Counted from the first letter of the stretch, positions 9,117 to 19,031 are shown. The stretch is DNA of 64,000 nt from Sphingomonas sp. (GCF_965248875.1 NZ_CBDFKR010000004.1:104151-168150), one strand, 5' to 3'. Notes: generated by a model from the letters alone, not told the origin. Made by a program: numbers and translations.

Positions 9117-9674
9117 ATGGCGGGCAGCGTCAACAAGGTCATTCTCGTCGGCAATCTGGGCAAGGATCCCGAAAGCCGCAGCTTCCAGAACGGCGGCAAG
9201 GTGGTGGAGCTGCGCATCGCCACGTCGGAGTCGTGGAAGGACCGCAACTCGGGCGAGCGCAAGGAGAAGACCGAGTGGCACACCGTCAAGGTGTTCAACG
9301 AGGGGCTGGCCAACGTCGCGGAGAAATATCTGCGCAAGGGCTCGAAGGTCTATATCGAGGGCGCGCTGACGACCCGTAAGTGGCAGGACCAGCAGGGGCA
9401 GGACCGCTATTCGACCGAGGTGACGCTGCAGGGGTTCAACAGCGTTTTGACGATGCTCGACGGCGCCCCCGGGCAAGGCGGCGGCGGGGGCGGCGGCCGT
9501 GACGAGTGGAGCGGCGGCGGCGACGATTTCGGTGGCGGCGGCGGCGGTAGTTCCGCCGGGCGCGGCGGCGGGGGGGGCCGTAGCGGCGGTTTCGGCGGTG
9601 GTGGCGCCTCGGGCGGAGGCACGGGTGGACGAGGCGGCTTTGCCGACGATCTCGACGACGACGTGCCGTTCTGA
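9117..9674 (+). CDS. ssb: Single-stranded DNA-binding protein
   Basis: OB-fold N-terminus [23 protein letters not shown], a Gly-rich linker, and the acidic tip DDLDDDVPF. Confidence 0.95.
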   Translation: MAGSVNKVILVGNLGKDPESRSFQNGGKVVELRIATSESWKDRNSGERKEKTEWHTVKVFNEGLANVAEKYLRKGSKVYIEGALTTRKWQDQQGQDRYSTEVTLQGFNSVLTMLDGAPGQGGGGGGGRDEWSGGGDDFGGGGGGSSAGRGGGGGRSGGFGGGGASGGGTGGRGGFADDLDDDVPF

Positions 9675-11213
9675 GTGGACGATATCGGCGCTCAAGGGAT
9701 CGGACGGGGATGGCAGGTCGACGAGGCGCAGCGCTCGGCGGTGATGGCGGCCTATGACCTGGATCGTCTGCGTTACTCACCCGAACTGACCCGCATCACC
9801 GATTTCGCGGCGGCACTGTGCGACGCACCGGTGGCGCTGGTGACGATCCTGGAGGAGACCGAACAGGTCTTCCTGTCGCGCACCGGCACCGATCTGGACG
9901 GCACGCCGCGTGAGATTTCCTTCTGCGACCATGCCGTCCGGGGCGATGAGACGATGGTCGTCGCCGACGCCACGACCGACGCGCGGTTCATCGACAATCC
10001 GCTGGTCACCGGCGACCACAATATCCGCTTCTACGCGGGCGTGCCGCTGTTCACCGAAAGCGGAATCGGGATGGGGTCGCTCTGCGTCCTGGACACGGTG
10101 GCGCATCCCGACGGGCTGACGCCGCTCCAGCAGCAGGGGCTGGAGATCCTTGCCGAGAACGTGCTGGCGCGGCTGCGCGATACGCGCGACGCGGCGGCCT
10201 GGCGCCACCGTGAGCGTGATGCACGCGCGCGGCTTGGCGATTCCGAGTCACGGTTTCGCACGCTGGCGGACACGATGCCGCAGATGGTATGGTCGGCGCT
10301 CCCCGACGGCTATCACGATTACTACAATGCCCGATGGTATGAGTTCACCGGGGTGCCGGAGGGATCGACCGACGGCGAGGCGTGGAACGGCATGTTCCAT
10401 CCCGACGACCAGGAGCGAGCCTGGGCGGCCTGGCGGCACTCGCTGACGACTGGCGAGCCATATCAGATCGAATATCGGCTGCGGCACCGCGACGGCGGCC
10501 ATCGCTGGGTGCTGGGCCGCGCGCTGCCGATCCGCGACGGCGACAAGATCACGCGCTGGTTCGGCACGTGCACCGATATTCACCAGCAGAAGATGGCCGC
10601 CGACGAGCGCGAGCTGATCGCGCAGGAACTGAGCCACCGGATCAAGAACATCTTTTCGGTCATCTCCGGGCTGATCGGTTTCGCCGCACGGGGTAGGCCG
10701 GAGATGAAGGACGCGGCGGGCGACCTGCGTGATCGCATCGTGGCGCTCGGCCGGGCGCACGATTTCGTCCGTCCGCACAGCCGCAACTCGGTGCCCGAGG
10801 CGCGGCAGGACAGCCTGCAGGGGCTGTTGGGCGAACTGTTCGCGGCCTATGACCGCGGCGAGGGGGCGGGCGTAACGGTCACCGGCGACGACCTGCCGGT
10901 CGATGACCGGTCAGCGACGCCGCTGGCGCTGTTGTTCCACGAGCTGGCGACCAACGCCGCCAAATATGGGGCGTTGTCGGTGGATGGCGGGCGGGTGACA
11001 CTGGACGTGAGCGCGCCGGGTGAGACGGTGGTGCTGCGCTGGTCCGAGAGCGGCGGGCCACCGGTGGTGGCGCCGACGGGCACGGGGTTCGGATCGCAGC
11101 TGCTCGAGCTCAGCGCCGTGCGGCAGCTGGGCGGCAGCGTGGAGCGGGACTGGCGACCCGAGGGGCTGGTGTTGACCGCCGCCGTGCCGCGCGCCGCCTT
11201 TGCCCGGCATTAG
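9675..11213 (+). CDS. GAF-PAS sensor histidine kinase, HWE/HisKA_2 type
   Basis: GAF-like N-terminus (YDLDRL..ELTRITDFAAAL..FCDH), PAS (FRTLADTMPQMVWSA..YRLRHRDGGHRW), H-box ELSHRIKNIFSVISGLI and N-box HELATNAAKYGAL. Confidence 0.85.
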   Translation: MDDIGAQGIGRGWQVDEAQRSAVMAAYDLDRLRYSPELTRITDFAAALCDAPVALVTILEETEQVFLSRTGTDLDGTPREISFCDHAVRGDETMVVADATTDARFIDNPLVTGDHNIRFYAGVPLFTESGIGMGSLCVLDTVAHPDGLTPLQQQGLEILAENVLARLRDTRDAAAWRHRERDARARLGDSESRFRTLADTMPQMVWSALPDGYHDYYNARWYEFTGVPEGSTDGEAWNGMFHPDDQERAWAAWRHSLTTGEPYQIEYRLRHRDGGHRWVLGRALPIRDGDKITRWFGTCTDIHQQKMAADERELIAQELSHRIKNIFSVISGLIGFAARGRPEMKDAAGDLRDRIVALGRAHDFVRPHSRNSVPEARQDSLQGLLGELFAAYDRGEGAGVTVTGDDLPVDDRSATPLALLFHELATNAAKYGALSVDGGRVTLDVSAPGETVVLRWSESGGPPVVAPTGTGFGSQLLELSAVRQLGGSVERDWRPEGLVLTAAVPRAAFARH

Positions 11214-11590
11214 ATCGCGGCCAGTTCACCGCGCGGGACTATCGCGTCGTCGTTGGACGCGATTGCCGCGGCCGCCAAGATCTGCGCCTCGTTGAAAGGT
11301 TTGCGCACGAAACCGAGCGCCGCCGACGGCAGATCGATCTGCGCCGGATTGGCGGTGACGAAGACGACCTTCACACCATGCGCTGCGAACGACCGCGCGA
11401 TGGCGGGGCCGGTACAGCCGTCGCGCAGATTGACGTCGACAAAGGCGAACGACGCCTGGCAGGCCACCTGTTCCGCCTCCGCCTGATCGGCCGCGATCGC
11501 CACGACCTGGTAGCCAGCATCCGTGAGAATGCGCTCGAGGTCGAGCGCGACGAAGATCTCGTCCTCCACGATCAGCGCGGTCCGGCTCAT
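11210..11590 (-). CDS. Single-domain response regulator (receiver only)
   Basis: ALIVEDE..FAFVDVNLRDG..VVFVTANP..FVRKPF receiver motifs with no output domain. Its stop overlaps the kinase stop (convergent). Confidence 0.85.
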   Translation of the reverse strand: MSRTALIVEDEIFVALDLERILTDAGYQVVAIAADQAEAEQVACQASFAFVDVNLRDGCTGPAIARSFAAHGVKVVFVTANPAQIDLPSAALGFVRKPFNEAQILAAAAIASNDDAIVPRGELAAI

Positions 11591-11647
11591 AAAGTAACCT
11601 GCATCATATCAAATCAACGCAGCGATAACCGTGCCGTTCCGTCCATA

Positions 11648-12247
11648 TCACCGCCGTAACAAGAAAACCGCATGTTCGGCGAGGAGGTTGGCCGCCGCCC
11701 GCGTCCGCCGCCGATCCCCTGCGAGGAACCAGGCCCGCTCCACCGTCACCCCCTGTTCGCGCAGGAAGGCGCGGAAGTCGTCAACGGTGAGGTGATGGAT
11801 GTTGGGGGTGTCATACCACCGCTCCGGCAGCAGCCGCGTCACCGGCATGCGGCCGCCCCACAACAGGCTGAGCCGCACCCGCCAATGCGCAAAGTTGGGA
11901 AAGGAGACAAAGGCGCGGCGGCCGATGCGGAGCAGCTCGGCCAGCACCCGGTCGGGCGCGCGCGCGGTCTGCAGCGTTTGGCTGAGCACAGCGTAATCGA
12001 AGCTGGCATTGGGATAGTCGGCGAGGTCGATGTCGGCGTCGCCCTGCACCACCGACAGCCCGCGACCGACGGCGGCGGCGACATTTGCGGCGTCGATCTC
12101 AAGCCCGCGCGCATCGACCCCCTTGCCGTCGCGCAGCGCCGCCATCAGCGCGCCGTCGCCGCAGCCGACATCGAGGATGCGCGCCCCGGGCTCGATCTGG
12201 CCGGCGATGACCGCAAGGTCGGGGCGCAGCGTCGTGAAGGGATTCAT
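11648..12247 (-). CDS. metW: Methionine biosynthesis protein MetW
   Basis: RPDLAVIAGQIEPGARILDVGCGDGALMAAL.. methyltransferase-like MetW pattern. ATGA overlap with the upstream GNAT gene. Confidence 0.85.
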   Translation of the reverse strand: MNPFTTLRPDLAVIAGQIEPGARILDVGCGDGALMAALRDGKGVDARGLEIDAANVAAAVGRGLSVVQGDADIDLADYPNASFDYAVLSQTLQTARAPDRVLAELLRIGRRAFVSFPNFAHWRVRLSLLWGGRMPVTRLLPERWYDTPNIHHLTVDDFRAFLREQGVTVERAWFLAGDRRRTRAAANLLAEHAVFLLRR

Positions 12248-12678
12248 GGCGCCGCCCGCAGCCGCGCCGCCGCGTCCGGATCAAGCCGCTCCATGTAGCG
12301 CTCGGGCCGCAGCGGCGGATGGAAGCCGAGCGCCCGATAAACGCCGTGCGCGTCGCCGGTCACGAGCGCGAACCGGCGGATGCCCGCGAAGCCGGGATGG
12401 TCGAGGAACCAGCCGACCATGCGGCGGCCGAGCCCCTGTCCGCGGACGCTCTCCTCGATCCAGACATCCGCGATCCAGGCGAAGGTCGCGTGGTCGGTGA
12501 TCGCGCGGGCATAGCCGACCTGTGCGCCGTTTTCGTCATAGGCGCCGAGGCAGTGCGACCCGTGCGCCGCCCGCTCCACCGTGTCGCGGGCGATGCCGGG
12601 CGACCAATAGCTGCCGGTCAGCCAGGCATGGACGCGGTCGAACTGGAGCCGCGCCGCATCGTCGCTGAGGTTGATCAC
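12244..12678 (-). CDS. GNAT family N-acetyltransferase
   Basis: 144 aa. Acetyl-CoA site-like ..[11 protein letters not shown].. motif. GTGA overlap with metX and ATGA overlap with metW. Confidence 0.7.
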   Translation of the reverse strand: MINLSDDAARLQFDRVHAWLTGSYWSPGIARDTVERAAHGSHCLGAYDENGAQVGYARAITDHATFAWIADVWIEESVRGQGLGRRMVGWFLDHPGFAGIRRFALVTGDAHGVYRALGFHPPLRPERYMERLDPDAAARLRAAP

Positions 12679-13787
12679 CGCTCGCTCCCCAGGAAACCGG
12701 CGATCACCCGGTCGAGATCGGGCGAGTCGAGCAGAAAGGCGTCGTGCCCATAGGGGCTCGACAGCTCGACGAAGCTGGCCGGCGCACCCGCCGCGTTGAG
12801 CGCGTGGACGATGCTGCGCGACTCGGCCGTCGGGTAGAGCCAGTCGGTATCGAAGCTGACGATGCAGAAGCGGGCGGCGCTGTCGCGGAAGGCGTCGGCG
12901 AGGCGGCCGCCATGCTCCTCCGCCAGGTCGAAATAGTCCATCGCGCGGGTGATGTAGAGGTAGCTGTTCGCATCGAAGCGGTCGACGAAGCTCAGCCCCT
13001 GATGGCGAAGATAGCTCTCAACCTGGAAGTCGGCGTCGAAGCCGAAACTTTTGGCGTCCCGCGCCTGAAGCCGCCGTCCGAACTTCTCGGTCAGCCCCGC
13101 TTCGGACAGATAGGTGATGTGCGCCGCCATCCGCGCGACGGCAAGTCCCGAAGAGGGGGGCGCCTCGGGCGGATAGGTGCCGCCGCACCAGCGCGGGTCG
13201 GCCATCACCGCCTGGCGCCCGACCTCGTGGAACGCGATGTTCTGTGCGGTGTGGCGCGCGGTCGACGCGATCACCAGCGCGGCGCGGACGCGGTCGGGAA
13301 AGGTCGCCGCCCAGCTCAGCGCCTGCATTCCGCCCATCGACCCGCCGACCACTGCCGCGAGGCTGGCGACGCCGAGATGGTCGATCAGCATCGCCTGCGC
13401 GCGCACCATGTCGCGGACCGTGATGACCGGGAAGCTCATCGCATAGGGCTTGCCGGTCGCCGGGTCGATGGAGGCGGGGCCGCTCGATCCCATGCACGAG
13501 CCGAGCACATTGGCGCAGATCACGCAGAAGCGATCGGTGTCGATCGGCTTGCCCGGCCCCACGACCCTTGCCCACCAGCCCGGCTTGCCGGTGCGCGGGC
13601 TCGGCGAGGCGACGTGCTGATCCATCGTCAACGCGTGGCAGATCAGCACCGCGTTGCGGCCGTCGGGCGCAAGCGCGCCATAGGTTTCATAGGCGATCTC
13701 GATCGGCGCCAGGCTGCCGCCGCCGTCGAGCGCCAGCGGGCCGGGCAGGACGACGCGGCGTTGCAGGCCGAAGCGGGGATCAGCCAT
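12675..13787 (-). CDS. metX: Homoserine O-acetyltransferase MetX
   Basis: Alpha/beta hydrolase with [10 protein letters not shown] nucleophile elbow and [10 protein letters not shown]-terminal signature. Start set at ATG 13787 (MADPRF..); the track ORF extends to 13904. Confidence 0.9.
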   Translation of the reverse strand: MADPRFGLQRRVVLPGPLALDGGGSLAPIEIAYETYGALAPDGRNAVLICHALTMDQHVASPSPRTGKPGWWARVVGPGKPIDTDRFCVICANVLGSCMGSSGPASIDPATGKPYAMSFPVITVRDMVRAQAMLIDHLGVASLAAVVGGSMGGMQALSWAATFPDRVRAALVIASTARHTAQNIAFHEVGRQAVMADPRWCGGTYPPEAPPSSGLAVARMAAHITYLSEAGLTEKFGRRLQARDAKSFGFDADFQVESYLRHQGLSFVDRFDANSYLYITRAMDYFDLAEEHGGRLADAFRDSAARFCIVSFDTDWLYPTAESRSIVHALNAAGAPASFVELSSPYGHDAFLLDSPDLDRVIAGFLGSER

Positions 13788-14108
13788 CGGCCGCCCCGCC
13801 GCGTCCGATGTTGTCCATGTTGTCCGCCAAATCATCCTTGATTGTCCCGAGGACCGTCGCAATTGCGGCACAAGCGCTTGCTGCGCGCACGCGCCTGCGG
13901 CCATTCGCCGGGACGAGCATTGATGCGAAGAGCAGGATCGCGGTCATGGTGCGCCGTCAATCACATCGCGGGCGTGTAGGACACAAAAATCGCGGACGTG
14001 ATGGAGCGGCATTGGATGCAGCGTCGGGCTCGCGTGCGCGGCGGCGGCTGCGGGTCACGGGCGGCCCGCCTTTTCGCCCGGCGCAAACCTGCTAAGCGCC
14101 TTTGCGCC

Positions 14109-15251
14109 ATGACCGCCGCTGCCGCCGCTCCGCAACCCAAGCCCTGGATCATGGGCATCGCGCCCTATGTGCCCGGCCGCGCGACCACGGACGACGGCCG
14201 GCGTGTCGTCAAGCTGTCGTCGAACGAGAACCCGCTCGGCACCCCCGCCGCGGCGCGCGAAGCGTTCCTGAAGGCGGCGGCGACGCTGGAACGGTATCCC
14301 GACGCGAGCGGCGCGATCGTCCGCGAGGCGCTCGCCGCCAGCCACGGGCTCGACCCGGCCCGGATCATCTATGGCAACGGTTCGGACGAAGTGCTGCACC
14401 TTGCCGCGGGCGCGTTCAGCGGGCCGGGCGACGAGGTGATCTTCGTCCATTACGGCTTCGCGGTGTACGAGATCGCGGCGCGGCGGACGGGTGCTGTGCC
14501 GGTGATCGCGCCCGACAAGGACTATGCGACCGACGTCGACGCGGTGCTGGCCTGCGTCACCGAACGGACGCGGGTCGTCTTCATTGCCAATCCCAACAAC
14601 CCGACCGGCACCTACGCGACCCGCGAGGAGGTCGCCCGGCTGCACGCGGGACTGCGATCCGACATCCTGCTCGTCCTCGACCACGCCTATGCCGAATATA
14701 TCGAGGGCGACGCGGACGATGGCGGCATGGACCTGGCCCGGACCGCGCCCAACGTGCTGGTGACGCGCACCTTCTCCAAAATGTACGGGCTTGCCGCCGA
14801 GCGGATCGGCTGGGGCTATGCCGCGGCGCCGATCATCGAGGCGATGCACCGCATCCGTCTGCCCTTCAGCATGACCATCGCCGGCCAGCATGCGGCGGTG
14901 GCGGCGCTGGGCGATACCGATTTCGTCGCGCATGCGCGTGCGCACAATGCCGAGTGGCGGCGCTGGTTCATCGACCAGATCGCTGCCCTCGGCAACGCCG
15001 GGCTGCGCGCGGTGCCCAGCCAGGCGAACTTCGTGCTGGTGCTGTTCGAGGGCCGGCTGACCGCGGAGGCGGCGTACAAGGGGCTGATGGACGCGGGGTA
15101 TATCGTCCGCTGGCTGCCCGGGCAGGGGCTGGCGCATGGCTTGCGGATCACGGTCGGTACGGCGGACGAGTGCCGCGGCGTGATCGGGGCGCTGCGGGCG
15201 CTGGTGGCGCGGCACGCCGCGCCCGCCGTCGGCGGCATCGACGCCGGCTGA
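14109..15251 (+). CDS. hisC: Histidinol-phosphate aminotransferase
   Basis: [11 protein letters not shown], ..NPNNPTG.. and ..[17 protein letters not shown] (PLP lysine) motifs. Confidence 0.9.
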   Translation: MTAAAAAPQPKPWIMGIAPYVPGRATTDDGRRVVKLSSNENPLGTPAAAREAFLKAAATLERYPDASGAIVREALAASHGLDPARIIYGNGSDEVLHLAAGAFSGPGDEVIFVHYGFAVYEIAARRTGAVPVIAPDKDYATDVDAVLACVTERTRVVFIANPNNPTGTYATREEVARLHAGLRSDILLVLDHAYAEYIEGDADDGGMDLARTAPNVLVTRTFSKMYGLAAERIGWGYAAAPIIEAMHRIRLPFSMTIAGQHAAVAALGDTDFVAHARAHNAEWRRWFIDQIAALGNAGLRAVPSQANFVLVLFEGRLTAEAAYKGLMDAGYIVRWLPGQGLAHGLRITVGTADECRGVIGALRALVARHAAPAVGGIDAG

Positions 15252-16159
15252 TGCTCCCCTTCGCGCGTGTCACGATCATCGGCCTCGGGCTGATCGGCTC
15301 GTCGATCGCGCGTGCGGTGCGCCAGGCGATGCCGACGGTGCGGCTGACCGGGCATGACGCCGACGCCGGCGTGCGCGAGACTGCGCGGGCGCTCGACCTG
15401 GCCGACGATGTCACCGATACCGCGGGCGCGGCGGTGATCGACGCCGACCTGGTGATCCTGTGCGTGCCCGTCGGCGCGATCGGCGCGGCGGCGCGCGACA
15501 TTGCCGCCGACCTGCCCGCCGACGCGATCGTCAGCGATGTCGGCAGCTGCAAGGCGGAGGTGGCGCGGGCGCTGGCGGATGCGCTGCCCGGCGTTGCGAT
15601 CGTCCCCGCGCATCCGGTCGCGGGCACCGAGCAGAGCGGGCCGCGGGCGGGCTTCGCGACGCTGTTCCACCACCGCTGGTGCATCCTGACGCCGCCTGAG
15701 GGCGCGAGCGAGGCGGCGGTCGAGCGGGTCGCGAGCTTCTGGCGGCGGCTGGGCGCGGACGTCGAGCTGATGACGCCCGAGCATCACGACCGCGTGCTTG
15801 CGGTCACCAGCCACCTGCCGCACCTGATCGCCTACACGATCGTGGGCACCGCGAGCGATCTGGAGACGGTGACGCAGAGCGAGGTCATCAAATATTCCGC
15901 GGGCGGCTTCCGTGACTTCACCCGCATCGCCGCCAGCGACCCGACGATGTGGCGCGACGTGTTCCTGACCAACCGTGAGGCGGTGCTGGAGATGCTGCAG
16001 CGGTTCAGCGAGGACCTGACCGCGCTGCAGCGCGCAATCCGGGTGGGGGACGGCGCGCAGCTGTTCGACCAGTTCACGCGGACGCGCGCGATCCGGCGGT
16101 CGATTGTCGACCAGGGCCAGGACGACGCCGCGCCTGACTTCGGGCGCGTGCACGAATAG
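15251..16159 (+). CDS. tyrC: Prephenate/arogenate (cyclohexadienyl) dehydrogenase
   Basis: Rossmann N-terminus VTIIGLGLIGSSIARAV, then ..VPAHPVAGTE.. and ..HDRVLAVTSHLPHLIAY. TGATG junction with hisC. Confidence 0.85.
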   Translation: MLPFARVTIIGLGLIGSSIARAVRQAMPTVRLTGHDADAGVRETARALDLADDVTDTAGAAVIDADLVILCVPVGAIGAAARDIAADLPADAIVSDVGSCKAEVARALADALPGVAIVPAHPVAGTEQSGPRAGFATLFHHRWCILTPPEGASEAAVERVASFWRRLGADVELMTPEHHDRVLAVTSHLPHLIAYTIVGTASDLETVTQSEVIKYSAGGFRDFTRIAASDPTMWRDVFLTNREAVLEMLQRFSEDLTALQRAIRVGDGAQLFDQFTRTRAIRRSIVDQGQDDAAPDFGRVHE

Positions 16160-16193
16160 GGGTGCACGGCCCCGCCGCGGCTAAGCGGCGTGG

Positions 16194-16913
16194 TCAGTCG
16201 TCGCAGGGCGATGCTGGCCGAGCCTCCAGCGCGTTGATCGCGGCGTGCACGCGCGCTTCCGCCTCCTCACGCGGCAGCCCGGGCGGCACCTCCTCGCCGA
16301 AGCAATAGGTGATCACGCCCGCCCGCTTGGCGCCGCGCTTGGGCCAGAGCCGCCCGCTGTCGACCGCCACCGGCACGACCGGGAGCCTGAGCGTCTTGTA
16401 AAGGCCCGCAAATCCTGCCTTGAGGGGCGGCTGCTCGCCGGGGGGCACGCGCGTGCCTTCGGGAAACAGCAGGATCGAGCGGCCCGCGGCGGTCAGCGCG
16501 CGGCCCTGTGTCATCATCCGCCGGAGCATCGCCGCCGACGCCTCGCGGTCGACCGCGATCGCGCCGTACACCTTTGTCGCCCAGCCCCAGAGCGGGATGC
16601 GCGTCAGCTCGCGCTTGAGGATCACCGCGGGTCCGCCGAGCGCGTCGGCCATGTCGATCGCCTCGAAGAAGGACTGATGCTTGACGGCGTAGAGCACGGG
16701 ATAGGGGGGCAGCGTGCCCTCGACGCGCACGGTGATGCCGAGGAACGCCCGTGCGCACCCACGCTGATACCGCGACCAGAAGCGCGCGTGGCGGATCATC
16801 GCGCTGCGCCCGAACAGTCCGCTCACCGGCACCGTCGCGACGATCGGCAGCGACCCGCCATAAAAGGCGATGCGGAACAGCTGGGTGCGCAGCCAGCTTG
16901 CCGCGCCGCTCAC
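16194..16913 (-). CDS. 1-acyl-sn-glycerol-3-phosphate acyltransferase-like (PlsC family)
   Basis: Acyltransferase HX4D-type block (AVKHQSFFEAID) and LFPEGTR block. GTG start at 16913 overlaps the upstream stop (GTGA). Confidence 0.8.
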   Translation of the reverse strand: MSGAASWLRTQLFRIAFYGGSLPIVATVPVSGLFGRSAMIRHARFWSRYQRGCARAFLGITVRVEGTLPPYPVLYAVKHQSFFEAIDMADALGGPAVILKRELTRIPLWGWATKVYGAIAVDREASAAMLRRMMTQGRALTAAGRSILLFPEGTRVPPGEQPPLKAGFAGLYKTLRLPVVPVAVDSGRLWPKRGAKRAGVITYCFGEEVPPGLPREEAEARVHAAINALEARPASPCDD

Positions 16914-17440
16914 AGCCCGACCCACAGCAGCACGCGGCGCAGCAGCAGCTTGTTGTATTCGGCGACCAGCGTCATCAGCCGCGGCTCGCTCGGCACCCCA
17001 TCGCCCAGCACCACCACCTGCGCCCCGACCGCGGCCCGCAGCTCCATCCTGGCGCGCGCCAGGTGCCAGTCGGAGGTGACGAGGCGGACGGTGTGAAAGC
17101 CGTGCTGTCTCAGCCATGCCGCGGTCTCGCCCGCGTTGGAGCGGGTGTCGACCGCATCGCGGCCAAGGTCGACGCAACAGGCGAACAGCGCCGGCTCCGC
17201 ACGATATTCCCGCTGCAGGTCGGTCTCACGCACCCCGGCGCCGACGCCGGTCACCAGCATCCGCTTCGCCTGATGCCGCCGCAGCAGGTCCAGCCCACGG
17301 TCGATCCGCCCCGGCCCGCCGGTCGGCACGACGATGGCGTCGGTGGTCGACCCTTCCAGCGGGTCGGGCAGCAGCACCGCGAACAAGACGAAGCCGAACA
17401 CCCAGGCGATCAGCGCCGCCGCCAGCAGCCGCCGGATCAC
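16910..17440 (-). CDS. YdcF/DUF218 family protein
   Basis: N-terminal TM helix, then ..DAIVVPTGGPGRIDRGLDLL..MLVTGV.. (DUF218 pattern). GTG 17440 overlaps the ftsX stop (GTGA). Confidence 0.65.
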   Translation of the reverse strand: MIRRLLAAALIAWVFGFVLFAVLLPDPLEGSTTDAIVVPTGGPGRIDRGLDLLRRHQAKRMLVTGVGAGVRETDLQREYRAEPALFACCVDLGRDAVDTRSNAGETAAWLRQHGFHTVRLVTSDWHLARARMELRAAVGAQVVVLGDGVPSEPRLMTLVAEYNKLLLRRVLLWVGL

Positions 17441-18318
17441 AGCGTCCGCCTCACTACCCGCACGACGCTCCACCGTGCCGCCAGCGTCGCCAGCACGACA
17501 AAGGCGACCGGCAGCACCCCGAGCAGCAGCCAATCGCCGCCGCCCAGCGACGCGCCGCCGAGCAGCTCGGAGCCGAGCGCCTGGACCTGTCCGCCGATCA
17601 GCCACGCGACCCCCAGCGCCAGCACCGCCCCGGCACCGCCGCCCAGCGTCGCGTCGATCGCCACGCGCCGCTGGAACAGGCGGGCGACCTGGATATCGGT
17701 CGAGCCGAGCATGTGCATCACCTCGATCGTCGCGCGGTGCGTCTCCAGCCCCGCGCGCGCCGCCAGCACGGCGACCAGCGTCGCAGCGCCCGCCATCAAC
17801 AGCACCAGCGTACCCGCGATCAGCGTCAGCGAGCGCATGAAGCTGCCGACCGGCGACATCCAGCGCGCGCGCCGGTCGACCTGCGCCGCCGGGCTCGCCG
17901 CCCTAGCAACGGCGGTGACGCGGGCGGTGACGGCGTCGGAGGGATCGGTGAGGTCGACGTCGATCAGCGCCGGCACGGGCAGCTCGGCGTCGGCGGCGTC
18001 GCCGCCCAGCCACGGCCGCAGCAGCCGCGCCAGTTCCGCCCGGTCGACCAAGACTGCGCGCCGAACCTCGGGCAGCCGCTGCAGCGCGCTCAGCACCCGC
18101 GCCGCCCCGGCATCGCGCCGCGCGGGCTCGCCGTCGACCAGCTGGACAGTCAGCCGCCCCGCCAGCTGCCGGTCGAGCTGCGCGGTTGCGTTGCGCGTCG
18201 CCAGCCCGGCGGCGGCGGCGAGCACGGTCAGGAACAGCATCACCGCCATGACCCCGGTCATCGCGCGCATGCCGCCCGCCTCGTCGAGGACGCGGCGCTC
18301 CGACGACCGCCGCCTCAT
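17437..18318 (-). CDS. ftsX: Cell-division permease-like protein FtsX
   Basis: Four-TM FtsX topology with a large first periplasmic loop. ATGA overlap with ftsE. Confidence 0.8.
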   Translation of the reverse strand: MRRRSSERRVLDEAGGMRAMTGVMAVMLFLTVLAAAAGLATRNATAQLDRQLAGRLTVQLVDGEPARRDAGAARVLSALQRLPEVRRAVLVDRAELARLLRPWLGGDAADAELPVPALIDVDLTDPSDAVTARVTAVARAASPAAQVDRRARWMSPVGSFMRSLTLIAGTLVLLMAGAATLVAVLAARAGLETHRATIEVMHMLGSTDIQVARLFQRRVAIDATLGGGAGAVLALGVAWLIGGQVQALGSELLGGASLGGGDWLLLGVLPVAFVVLATLAARWSVVRVVRRTL

Positions 18319-19031
18319 CCGCCCGCGACCACGCCGCCGCCGGGCGGATGACGCAGCGCCCCTGTCGGATCGAGCAGCCGCCCCTCCTTGAGGCTCATCG
18401 TCACGGCATGCGGGATGCGGCTCAACAGGTGGAAGTCGTGGGTAGCGACGACGACGGTGGTGCCGAGCTTGTGCAGTGAATCGAACAGCCCCAGCAGTCG
18501 CTCGGCCATGTCGGGATCGACGTTGCCGGTCGGCTCGTCGGCGATCAGCAGCGGCGGCCGGTTGATGACGGCGCGCGCGATCGCGACCCGCTGCTGCTCC
18601 CCGCCCGACAGCGTCGCGGGCTTGGCGCCGGCGCGGGCGGTCAGGTCGACCCAGGCGAGCATCTCGCGCACCGGCTGCGCAATTTCGTCCTCGGGCATGC
18701 CCGCGACGCGCAGCGGCAGCGCCACATTGTCTGCCGCCGACAGATGCGGGACGAGGCGGAAATCCTGAAAGACGACGCCGATGCGGCGGCGAAAGCCCGG
18801 CAGCCGGTGGCGCGGCAGCATCACCGCATCCTCCTCAAACAGCCGGATCACCCCCCGGCTGGGCCGCTGCGCCAGATAGAGGAGCTTGAGGAGCGAGGTC
18901 TTGCCCGCGCCGCTGGCGCCGGTGAGGAAATAAAACGCACCCGCCTTCAGCTGGAAGGAAACGTCGGTCAGCGTCTCCGGCTGGCTGCCGTAGCGCAGTC
19001 CCACATTCTCGAACTGCACGACAGCGGCCAT
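18315..19031 (-). CDS. ftsE: Cell-division ATP-binding protein FtsE
   Basis: ABC ATPase with Walker A GASGAGKTS, signature LSGGEQQRV and Walker B LLIADEPTG. Confidence 0.9.
   Translation of the reverse strand: MAAVVQFENVGLRYGSQPETLTDVSFQLKAGAFYFLTGASGAGKTSLLKLLYLAQRPSRGVIRLFEEDAVMLPRHRLPGFRRRIGVVFQDFRLVPHLSAADNVALPLRVAGMPEDEIAQPVREMLAWVDLTARAGAKPATLSGGEQQRVAIARAVINRPPLLIADEPTGNVDPDMAERLLGLFDSLHKLGTTVVVATHDFHLLSRIPHAVTMSLKEGRLLDPTGALRHPPGGGVVAGG

Noticed and set aside
6861-9695. 944-aa ORF on the minus strand, the longest in the track
   Set aside because: It is antisense to feoA, feoB and ssb, all of which have unmistakable motifs. Its translation is Arg/Pro/Gly/Ala/His/Gln-rich with no motifs. 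This is a typical stop-free antisense frame in GC-rich DNA.
12675-13904. N-terminal extensions suggested by the track for metX, and similarly for hisC 13998, tyrC 14102, SGNH 34999, OMP 57146, rmlA 29955, EpsI 43062 and others
   Set aside because: The extensions overlap neighbouring genes or encode Arg/Pro-rich leaders. Internal ATG or GTG codons give family-typical N-termini and, in several cases, exact 4-nt stop/start overlaps.
13788-14108. Possible SAM-II-type riboswitch in the roughly 320-bp metX-hisC divergent spacer
   Set aside because: I could not find the conserved AAAGCU-containing 3' strand or a convincing pseudoknot by eye. The only feature is a GGACAACAT tandem doublet. An Infernal scan with RF00521 and other SAM models would settle it.
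16751-18391. Plus-strand ORFs of 546 aa and 411 aa
   Set aside because: Antisense to plsC, ydcF and ftsX. Translations are Ser/Ala/Arg/Pro runs without motifs.
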